From contig JAHLTZ010000024.1 in NCBI GenBank assembly GCA_025786725.1, forward strand, positions 186,001 to 250,000: a stretch of DNA of 64,000 nt, in the 5' to 3' direction. Positions 51,544-62,805 of this stretch are shown here, piece after piece. Numbering within the stretch: the first letter of the stretch is position 1; each line of letters opens with the position of its first letter. The notes under the pieces were generated by a model. It was not told where the DNA came from, did not search any database, and saw nothing but the letters and a program-made list of their open reading frames with translations. The DNA is from Syncephalis fuscata S228 (lineage: Eukaryota; Fungi; Zoopagomycota). A program made the position numbers and the translations under genes.

Positions 51544-54311
51544 TTCTATGGTTATAAGTAGATACAACACATATCATATGATTAACACATAGTTGGTTAA
51601 TATATAACGATACTTACAACCTATTAGCACGAGTTATTAACCATGCAAGCCACATGTCATGTGATTAGTGTATAGTTGGTTAATTGAAATTTCCACTTAC
51701 AAGCTATTATATATATTATTGGATACAAACAGTACATATTATATGCTTAGCATATAGTTAGTTAATATTCAATGTCACTTACGAGCTATTAATACAAATC
51801 ATTAAACACACACGATGCATGGTATATAGTTGGTATATAGTTAATTAATACTCAATACCACTTACCACCTATTAATATGAGTTATTAGATATATACATTA
51901 TGTAGCATATGATTAATATATAGCTGGTTAATTAAAATTTTCACTTACAAACTATTATATAAATCATTGGACACGCACCATGCATGGAATATGATTAGTA
52001 TATAGTTAATCCATACACAATGCTACTTACCTTCTATTAATATGAGTTATTAGATACACAAAATACATGCCATATGTTTAGTATATGTTTAGCTAATATT
52101 CAATGCCACTTACGACCTATTAATACAAGTTATTAAACACACGCAATGTATGCTATATGATTAGTATATAGTTGGCTAACAGAGAATCTACTTACAAGCT
52201 ATTGTATAGATTATTGGAATACAAGGTATATGATATATAATTAGTGTATAGTTAATTAATTAGAATTCCCACTTACGAGCTATCAGTATAAATTATTAAA
52301 CACACAAGGTAGATGATGTATGGTTAGTATATAACTAATTAATTTGCAATGTCACTTACGACCTATTAATACAAACCATTAAACACGTAAGGTACATCAT
52401 ATATGCTTAATATACAATGCCACTTACCTGCTATTAATACGAATTATTAGGCACACACAGTTTGTATCGTATCATTAATGTATAGTCAATTAATTGATAT
52501 TTTTACTTACAAGCTATTATATATATTATTGGACACACACGATGCATGATATATAATTAATATATGGCTAATTAATATATAATACCACTTACGAGCTATT
52601 AATACAAATTATTAAACACACACGATTTGCGGACTATAATTAATATATAATTAATTAATATTCAATGCCACTTACGAGCTATTAATACAAATTGTTAGAT
52701 ACACAAGGTATATGGTGTATGGTTATTATATGGTTAGCTAATAATCAATGTCACTTACGGCCTATTAATATGCGTTATTAGACACACAGTGCGTATTGTA
52801 TGATTAGTATATAATTGGCTAACAAAAAACTCTACTTACAATCTATTATATAGATTATTAAACACATAAGGTATATGATGTATGGTTAGTATATAGCTAC
52901 TTAATATACAACGCTACTTACTTCCTATCAACAAAAATTATTAAACACACAAAGTACATGATATATGCTTAATACACAATGCCACTTACCAACTATTAAT
53001 ATGAGTTATTGGACACACACAATACGCATAATATGATTAGTATATAGTTAGTTGATTAATATTTTCACCTACAAGCTATGATATAGATTATTGGACACAC
53101 AATACATGATATATGGTTAGTATATGATTAGTTACTATTAGATGCCACTTACTAACTATCAATAAGATTTATTAGACGCACACAATTTGCAAAATATAAT
53201 TAGTATATATTAATTAATACTCAATATCACTTACCTCCTATCAATACAAGTTATTAAACACACAATATATGTTACATGCTTAGTATATATATATATATAA
53301 TATACAATGCCACTAACCGCCTATTAATATGAGTTATTGGACACACACAATACGCATTATATGATTAGTATATAGTTAGTTGATTAATATTTTCACCTAC
53401 AAGCTATATATAGATTATTGGACACACACGATGCATGATATATGATTAATATATGGTTAGTTGCTATAAATTGTCACTTACGACCTATTAGTACGAGTTA
53501 TTAAATACACACAAGATACATGGTATATGATTAGTATATAGTTGGCTAATTAATTCTTACACACAAACTACTATATAGATTATTGGACACGCACAATTTG
53601 CGAAATGTGGTTAGTATATAATTAATTAGTATTGAATGCTACTTACAAGCTACCAATACAAATTATTAGATACAAGCGGTACATGCCATACAATTAATAT
53701 ATATATATATAGCTAATATATATATAATACCACTTACGATCTATTAATACAAGTTGTTAAACAAATATAACAAGTAATAAATGTTTAGTATATAATTAGC
53801 TGCTGTAAACTGTCACTTACTAGCTAGCAAAACCAATTTAGCAGCATAAATATTGTTTAGTTAACTAAAAACTAGTTAATGTTATTGCAATATACCTCCT
53901 ATTAATATAGATTTGGTATATTAGCATTCTGAATGCGGCTTTTATCTATTGTTTTATGTTAAACGTACTCTTAGCTAATAATTCTATATTTATTTATTTT
54001 AATTAATGAGCAATGGTTAGCCAAAACATCAATAATCATGTATGCTCAAAACTTACGGGCTATTTACATGTGTTATAGCATTTATTATGTGTATAACAAC
54101 ATATAGTGAGTACCAAAACAATGATCCATCATCACGACTTACCACCTAGTACCATCGTTAGTTAAACATAATGTTAGTAAACATAACACTTGAATATTTA
54201 TTGTGATTGCAACATACCACGACGGGCTAGAGTTGGATTAGCATCTACCATGGCTGTAGTGGTCACAAGAGCCATGGTAATGGTGCAAACGACGGCAATA
54301 GAAAGCTTCAT
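51544..54311 (-). CDS. Micro-exon gene: 34 exons (31 of 3 nt) encoding a 67-aa secreted Cys/Pro-rich prepropeptide MKLSIAVVCTITMALVTTTAMVDANPTLARRGAQLLAKRANPFCPCGVTFGNCPPPSGPPCQVCAPC*
   Basis: Exons on the minus strand: 54311-54218, 54145-43, 54059-57, 53983-69, 53898-96, 53823-21, 53740-38, 53649-47, 53567-65, 53484-82, 53403-01, 53320-18, 53237-35, 53155-53, 53075-73, 52992-90, 52924-22, 52842-40, 52761-59, 52678-76, 52595-93, 52513-11, 52430-28, 52362-60, 52279-77, 52198-96, 52116-14, 52033-31, 51951-49, 51868-66, 51785-83, 51703-01, 51620-18, 51545-44. All 33 introns are GT..TAG, 65-88 nt and phase 1. Confidence 0.88.
51546..53820 (-). repeat. Tandem array of ~82-bp units, each one intron plus one 3-nt exon
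   Basis: Plus-strand motif CACTTAC-NNN-CTAT recurs every 80-83 nt (68 twice, 91 once); its reverse complement is ATAG|NNN|GTAAGTG. Confidence 0.95.
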
Positions 54312-56239
54312 GTTGATATTGAATTGTTAAAGCAAACAAGTAAAGTAGACGATAAAGTGTAGTAGTATGAAGTAGGTGGTAGTGAGTATTTGGTGGAAAC
54401 TGGAGTGCGATGCTGATACAGCTAGTTAGATGTGTATATTCGTGGGCTATTTAAGTATATGGTTATGCTGAAACATCAACTTGCCGTATTTCATGGACTA
54501 TACCATTGATGTACAGTGTGCACCAATAACAGCACATCCACATGGTAGCTTGAAACACGATTATACTGGTATATTGGTGGTATGCCAGTTTACAGTAAGG
54601 TTCTTACTTTAGCCTGTTTGGCATTTACACAAATGATGTGGCAATATTGACATAATTTATGGGTTTTAAAAAAACAACTGAGGTGTATTCATGTGTTTCT
54701 GCTATTATTTTGGCCAGCAATTTTAATATCTAATAAGCATATACATCCCAAACGACGTAGAAAATCAATACAGCAACAACGTTATTGTATTAGGCCTTTG
54801 GTTATTTACAGGTACTTACTGTAATGCATAAACTGATTATATTCTTTGGACTATGAAAGCATATTGATTGGTTCGCATATGCGTTTAACATTGCAGCTTG
54901 ACTACAAAAATAAACAGCTTATTTTTAGCAAAATATTATCAAATGCTGATGTAAGTTCTACTATTGATCAGGGATTATTTTTATTGCTTACTGCCTGTTA
55001 ATCATATGCATTTTTGATAATGAATCGTTGCTTTCTATTACCAGTATTGTTTATTTCTCAGCATCAAAGCAACGTAAACTGACCAAATGACATGTAGCTC
55101 TATATAAAAACATTGGGCTATGTCTATCAGGCTGCCTCAATCAGATACAATCAATGCTGAGTGTACAGCAGCAGTTCATGGCATGTCAATCAGTACTCTC
55201 CTGTTGTGTAGATGATTCATACAGTAATGACTTGATTAAAACAACAGGTTTACAATTTGAAGTCTGCGTTATGCGCTACACATTCAGGTCATGTTTTATG
55301 GCCCATAATTTAATAAAAATAATGATTAAGTAAATATAGTTATTTTAGCAATACTATCACTAACCGTACCATTTTCAGCCATTTTTCTACTATAGCTATG
55401 TATATTAAATATTATTTACTGAGTAACATGGAAATAAGCAATATTCAATAAAATTCAGTTGTTTATTCACTGTCATATTGTATACAACCATATTTACGAT
55501 TAAAAACATATAAAAAGTATTTATAATAAATAGCTGACCATTATACTTACTGCTTGTTATTGGTACAGCATGTATGCCTATTGCTTTGTAGGTGTCTGTT
55601 TATAATTGTCTATTTGCTATTACAATGTATCTCATATACATTACTTACTAATGTAACTTTAGTAGAATAACTTTTATCAACAAACATTGGCCCGATACAC
55701 AACATTATAATATATAGTCTATTCTCTACTTGCTTTAAATATTTTGAATAAACCGAGTATTTTTATCCATTATTTATTTGAAACAATCAAAAACATCGTT
55801 CAAACTAAATAGATTGTTTGTATAAATTAAATCAAACAGCAAAATGACTATACATCTGAATGATAATTAGCTATGTGAATGCAGTACTGTTAGCCATCGT
55901 CATATGTTTATTATATTGTATACGTTTATTTTTGATTGTAAATATCACTATATTATTAAATCTGCACGGTATTGCGTTATTACTATTGATACTGCCTTTA
56001 TTCATTGTTTGTTTCATTACTATACCAATCTGTTTTCTTTTGAGCTTGACATTTCTATTAATGCTACATTGTTTAACTTGGATACCACAAAGTCATAGCT
56101 AACTGCCATTAATAACCAACCCAATAAATACTTTCAATAAAGCAAAAGTTTACATATGCTTGCAATATTTGCTCTACCAATATAACTCAATATTAAATGC
56201 AATGACCAAATTTTATAGTAATAGAACCAGAACCAAACA

Positions 56240-56735
56240 GACAACGATACTAGATAGCATACAATTAATATCTAATAAAATAATATACATTATAATGAAT
56301 ATACGATGCAAAGTGACGATTAACAATATTAAGGTTATGAGCATATATGCATGAGCAGATGACCGATATAATCGACATTTATTAATAATAGCTAGAACAA
56401 AAATAAAAACAGTTTGAATAGAGGAAGGCTATGCAAGTATAGAATGGTATATAAAACGATAAATGTACGGTAAGAAAGCATATATAATATGCTAAAGCTA
56501 TAGTGCATATAACGCAATAAGTAGGCTGAGTGGAGTATATTGGGACATATAAACAATAAAATGTGTCTAGTATATCGTAGAGTGATGTATATTAGTGTGG
56601 GACAGAATGAGAATGATATAGGTGAATAGAGTATATATATACTAAATATATGTATACTGGATAATGAATCTACAATGATGAGTATTTTAAACTTTAATGT
56701 CACACCACCCATCATCGTGTTCAATAGATTGTATG
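56240..56735. mobile_element. MITE-like copy C (one TIR plus interior)
   Basis: Interior is reverse-complementary to 10840-11200 and colinear with 50310-50550; TIR at 56650-56735. Confidence 0.7.
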
Positions 56736-56944
56736 TCTAATTCAATTACTTGAATATTATTAAATATATTCATTCAATACAAACCACAATATAATTTAAT
56801 TAGAAATATTATTTTATAAATATATAAACTAAGCCTTCCACTTGACCATTCGATCAGCTCAAAAGATAAATAACACTAGCCGTAACTACACCAAAATCTT
56901 TATATATATTTAAATATTTAACTGTTTTCATCTTCACTTAATAA
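56634..56944 (-). repeat. Right arm of 311-bp inverted repeat (partner 49881-50191)
   Basis: Near-perfect reverse complement of 49881-50191. Confidence 0.92.
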
Positions 56945-57296
56945 AAATAATAAAAACAATGGATATACTCTATAATAATATTAACTTAATATAACAACAA
57001 CAAAATAATCACTATTCGATCAAAGATTTGGCGAATGATGATTGGCTATGAGATTGAAGACATCATCCGCGTTTCCACTTTATCAATACCGCTATTATTC
57101 TATTGCTACTACTACTATCCACTTCTTATTTGGTTCTTTACTCTTTACTTCATCTAAGCCTATACTTACTGTTGATTGTAGGTAATAAGAGGTATCAGAG
57201 GTACAACAGAGGTATATACCTGCAAATACGCGTCTAGCTATATATATCGCCTATATATCCACTGCTTTACTTTATATTGGTATACGTCTAACAATC

Positions 57297-59392
57297 ATGG
57301 TATGTTACCTTCATCCACTCATAAGTATATATCATATATAACCAATAGACTCATCTTGATACATGTAGGTTGTATTAGCAGCAGCAATCATTACAAAGAG
57401 CGGCGAGGGTAAGTAGTCACTCCTGTTAGTGCATTATAGACTACAGTAACCAATCTTACTAACTAACGAACTAACTAACTATTCAATAAACGAATAAACA
57501 CTACGATGACTATATAGTGATTGTATCGCGACAGTTCCGCGAAATGCCTCGTACGCATATTGAAGGACTACTGGCTTCGTTTCCTAAGCTGATTCGTGAC
57601 CAACAGCACACGACAGTTGAAACGGACGCAGTTCGTTATGTATACCAGCCAATTGATCAACTCTATCTGGTTCTACTTACAAATCGACAGTCGAATATTC
57701 TACAGGATCTGGACACTTTACGCTTATTGGCACGTGTTATCTCTGACCAATGTGAACAAGGCGCTACAGCTCGTGAAGTTTCATTAAAGGCATTTGAACT
57801 GGCAGATGCATTTGACGAGGTTATTGGATTGGGCTATCGTGAAAATGTCACTCTTCAACAGGTGCGCACCATTCTAGAGATGGACAGTCACGAGGAGCGT
57901 ATCCAAGAAATTATTGAGAAAATAAAGAGAAAGAAGCCTCGGCTGAACGAAAGCGTCGTGCTAAGGAATTGGACGCACAACGACGTGAAATGGCCAAACG
58001 TGGTGCCAGTACAGGAGGCAGTATAAGCAGTTTCCGATCAAGTGGTATGGGCAGTAGCAGCGGTGGCTATGGCGATAATAGCACGAGTAGCAATATGCCA
58101 GCCACTATACCCGATTACGATCGATCTAGCTATAATAGGTAAATAATCGATATAGTATAAAGAGACATAGTTAATGATTGAGTATAATACAATGGCTGTT
58201 ATAGTCCTTCAACGACGGCATCAACGACAACAGGCAAATCAAAAGGCATGCAACTGGGCGCGAAAGCAAAGACCAGCTCATTTATGGATGCATTGGGCGG
58301 AGATGCAGCACTACAAGAGGCATTATTAAGCTCAGGTATTGATGAAGCAGAATTAGCCTCGGCACAAGCATTAGTAGCGGCACAAGTAGAAGAAAAGTAT
58401 TCAGAGCCGCGTGAAGAGTAAGTATTGTAGTTATAACATCTACATGTCTATATATTAATGATGTGTATTTGTATTAGTGTCCATGCTGAAATTGAAGAAA
58501 AGATTTCAGTTACGGCCAATCGTGATGGTGGCATTGATGGTATGGAAGTACGTGGTGCACTCATTCTACACGTTTCCGATACGGAAAAGGCCCGTGTCAA
58601 ATTAGAATTGACGCCATCAGAAGATTCAGAGATTCAATTTAAGGTTAGAAACAAGCGATTATACTAATTAAATAGATGAATTAACCTTGATTGTAATTAG
58701 CTACATCCAAATATGGATAAAAAGGAATTTGCCGCATCAAATACACTGGTACTTAAAGATCCATCACGACCATTCCCCGTCAATACACCACTTGCCGTAG
58801 TTAAATGGCGTATGGCCACCAAAGATGAAGCAGCTCTTCCATTATCGAGTAAGTAATTCTATATTTTTATAGTGTCATTATTATATACTAATACTTATTC
58901 TAGTTAATTGCTGGCCTTCTCCCTCGGGTAACGGTGCATGCGATGTTAATATTGAGTATGAACTTGAGATGGAACATCTTGAATTAAAGGATTTAACGAT
59001 TGGTATTCCATATCCGTAAGTTATTTATAATTCATTGATAATATAGACATTATTAATTAATTAACTATTATTTTTATTATCTTTATCATAGATCTGGTGC
59101 AACACCAGTGGTTAATGAGGCTGATGGTGACTACGAAATTGATAATAGTCGCGGCCTTCTTATATGGCGAATTGACTTGGTCGATGCAGATCATCGTAGT
59201 GGTCAACTTGAATTCTCCGTAAATCGTGGCGGCGATGATGCCGATACATTCTTCCCTGTACAAGCCACATTTACATCCACCAAAAGTTATGCGCGGGCTG
59301 AAGTACAAGCGATTAAACTTATTGATAGCGAGGAAGAGATTATCTTCTCAACTGAAACTAATTGCGCAACAGAAGAATACTCTATTGTTTAA
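57297..59392 (+). CDS. RET2: Coatomer subunit delta (spliced; apparent 1-nt deletion near 57921)
   Basis: M|VVLAAAIITKSG, VSRQFREMPRTHIEGLLASFPKL, HTTVETDAVRYVYQP, SNILQDLDTL, EMDSHEERI, and the mu-homology region FKLHPNMDK, PLSINCWPS. Confidence 0.95.
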
Positions 59393-59511
59393 CGCATAAA
59401 ATAAATCATAATCTATGGCATTCGTGTAAATTGACGAAAAGTAATCACCAGTATGTTTATTTATTTCAATAATACTTTGTGTCTACGGCAATAAAAATAA
59501 CACGATTGAAT

Positions 59512-62460
59512 CTACAATTCATCATGGCTATCCGATGCTGTTGGTTCCTCTTCTTCCTTCTCTGGTTCGGCAGTTGATTCAGTAGTATTATTTGTATCAT
59601 CTGTTTCCTTGGCCGGTGGACTTGGTTTGGGTGGCTTTGGCTTATTCTTCAGTGTCTTGTGTGCTGTTTCAAGCTTTTCTGCGCGTGTATTAATATCCTT
59701 GACAATTAACACCGGCTCCATGCCAATAGCCAATGCCTTTTGGGCATCTAATTGACTGGTAAGCCATTCACGCACTTCATTGGCTTGTTTGGTTAAATCG
59801 GCCAATTCTTCATCGGTGTGATAGCGTACTTGTTTGTCGCTAGATTCAATCTTTTTAACAAAAGCAATTGCCTTTTCAATGACTGATTCAAGACTGGTTA
59901 TAGCATCAGGTCGGTTTAAATGTTCACGACGACGGCCAAAGATAGGCGTATGAATTTGACGCAGTTCATCTAAACGTGTACGGAAGACATCAATAGCGGC
60001 TGTACTGCCATCATCGTAAATCCAATCGGATGTAGCTGACAACTTCTTTTGTAGATCTTCACGAATAGCAGCAGTACTGACAGCACGGTAAGCCTCATCA
60101 TCCAGTAAGTCTTGAATGCGATACACCAACGATTCTAATTCATCGCGTGCTTCATCGCGTAGTTGATGCAGTTTATCGGCCTCGTTAAGTGCCTTCATAC
60201 GGTCCTTGGCTATTTTACGTGATTCTTTGAAAGACCAAGCTTGGATGTAGACTCTAGCACTTGTAATTTGACGCGTCGTTGTTCTTTCTTTGGCTGGCTG
60301 TCCTTTTTAGACTTTGTTTCATCTTCTTTCGTCTTTTCTTCGGTCTTTTCTTCGGTCTTCTCCTCAGTCTTCTCCTCTATTGATGTCAATCAATTAGTAT
60401 TAATGAATAATCATCTAATCAATCATCCAACTTCTTACCTGACTTTTCCTCTTCAGTAGATTCAAGATCAAGTAGTACAAACGCCTCTTCAATCTCCAAG
60501 TTGTTCTTTTTATTGATCTTTAATGTTACCTTAACCTTTGCATCAAGTAGCTTATGCGTATCTGGAACTTTAAATGCATCGGCTACACCAATGATTTTAG
60601 CATGGAAAATATCTTTGGATCCAACAAATCTATACACATATTACATGTTATTAATACCAATGCCAATACCAATACTAATATTTACTTACTTATCATCAGC
60701 CTGTGGTGCATAATGTGCTTCAAATTCAAAGTCTGTTTTATGTGGGAATGTAACTGTCTTTTCGATATCAGAAGTAGCACCACGCTTGTACAAATTAATA
60801 GTCTTTTGTTTGCCTTGGGCTATTATATGACATTATAAACATTAGCCACTTTTGTTTTATATTATTGTTGTTGTTATTACTATATTACTTACTTTCTCCG
60901 TTTGATGGTTCATTGCGATAACTAAGCTGAATAGGATAATAAACCATATCTTTTAAAATAATCTCTTTTACACGAAGTTGACGAAGAGAACCGGCACCAC
61001 GAAAACCTGCACCCAATACAACAGCCTCATCACTGTTAATACCTTGAGCAATACGGCTTATTGTATAGATTAGTACACGTACTAATATTCAGTTAACGTC
61101 TACTTACTCGCCAACCAAATCTTTAAGCGCAGTTTGTACGAGTGGGACACGGGATCCACCGCCCATTAGTAGAACTGACTGAATATCAGACTAGCATGTA
61201 TTATTAGTTACTAACTAGTTAATATGGCATCTATATGTATTAGCTGTATATATTAACTTACCATGGTATATTTGCCTGTACCAATGCTTCATTTACAATT
61301 GTTTCACTTGAGATGGCATTTCTTTTACTAGTGATTCAAGTGTTTCACGTGATACCTTTGATTTAAAGTCATGCTCTTCGTGTAGTCCTTCAACCGATGT
61401 AGCCGTTTCTTGATTAGCACTAAGGATTTGTTTGACCCGTGTTGCTTCTTTAAGTAGCTTATTCATGGTACGTGCATTCTTCTCTACTGGCTCTTTGATT
61501 CCTTTGGTTGATTCGGTAAATAATTTAGCTAGATGGCCTTGTAATTGTCGGTCAATAGTGGCACCACCTAAAAAGCGATCATAGGCCAGACCGTGGATTT
61601 GTACCTGAGGTACATTTTTGAAATATTTGCCAACATCTTTAACTGAAACACTACGATATGATGCAACAGTGACTGTAGTACTGGCTGCACCCATATCAAA
61701 TAGAATATGGTATTCAGGTGTTTCATTGAAGTTACGTGACATGGCATAGTTTAAAGCAACCGCTGTACCGTCATTAATGACTTGCTGTACACGGAAATCG
61801 GCCAATTCAGCTGCATCAATAATAGTTTGTCGTTCAGCAGCAGAAAATAGGATGGCACAGCAATAACACAGTCACGTATTGGTTCACCGCTGTCGTAGAA
61901 GCTTGTCGTTTTGCTTCTTCAAGCTGCATGGCAACAAGTTCCGCCACTGTATATGGCGACTCATCATCTGACTGTCCATCAAGACGAAAAGCCACCGAAT
62001 TATCGGGACCAGGCACCATATGGCTTACATGTACCTCGCGATAAGCTTCACATACATCGTCATCGTAGGTACGGCCAAAAAGTTGTTTTAAATCACGGAA
62101 AGTATTTGCTGGATAGCGTGTAGCCTATAATTATTATTATTATTATATGACACAACAAAATGATTAATTATAAGATACTAGCACAAATACAACTACTATT
62201 TTTACACGTACAAGATTAAGAGCATCGGTACCATAGCTACGTTCACCGTTACGCAGGGTTAGTACACTCGCCGTTTTGCGTTTAGAATCACGGTTAAGCA
62301 CAAGATCAAGTGGTACACCACGCTTTACCAAGGCTACTTTGTACCATTCCTGGCCATAATCAATGCCTACTATGCCAGCAGCGGCCACACTTTCAAGAAG
62401 GGTCGTGGTTGCCGTCAGACCGGCCAGCAGCATAGACAACGACCTTTTATTCAGTCGCAT
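59512..62460 (-). CDS. LHS1: ER lumenal Hsp70 nucleotide exchange factor Lhs1/GRP170/HYOU1 (spliced; several apparent 1-nt deletions)
   Basis: Signal peptide, GIDYGQEWYKVALVK..LVLNRDSKRKT, INDGTAVALNYAM, FDMGAAST, LMGGGSRVP, INSDEAVVLGA and C-terminal HDEL. Confidence 0.93.
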
Positions 62461-62805
62461 CGTTGTCGCTAATCAAATGGGTGTTATTCACCAGTCAGTA
62501 GCGCACCAGATAGCGCAGCTAGAATAATAGCGATAGAATAAACGTCAACTAACAGCAAACGCTTATAGTTGTCAATAATTGACAAGAAATAAAGCTATCA
62601 AGCAAGATGACCTTATATGCGCGTGTCTTTTGTAACAGTAGTATAGGTGGATAGAAGAATAGGCGCTACAACGTCGATGTATTGTGAATATCGTCATTTA
62701 AATTAGCGGGACTTGGAATCGTGTTTGGTGATCAACGTGGCCAACATCGATTCGACCACTGCATTCCGGATAAACCACGTATTTTTTGCCTTTACTAAAT
62801 ACACC

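Noticed and set aside
53558-53567. Alternative 7-nt exon using a GTAAGA donor instead of GTGTGT
   Set aside because: It would shift the frame and break the 82-83-nt unit register; the 3-nt reading keeps the Cys framework. It remains a possible minor isoform.
51546-53820. CRISPR-like array or plain satellite DNA
   Set aside because: The context is eukaryotic, there are no cas genes, and the 'spacers' are homologous to each other. The invariant positions are exactly the minus-strand splice signals, and the 3-nt variable slots concatenate into a coherent ORF.
54197-54311. Stand-alone 37-codon ORF (..LARRGMLQSQ*)
   Set aside because: It reads through a GTATGT donor into a 72-nt intron with CTAAC branch sites and a TAG acceptor, so it is better explained as exon 1 of the micro-exon gene.
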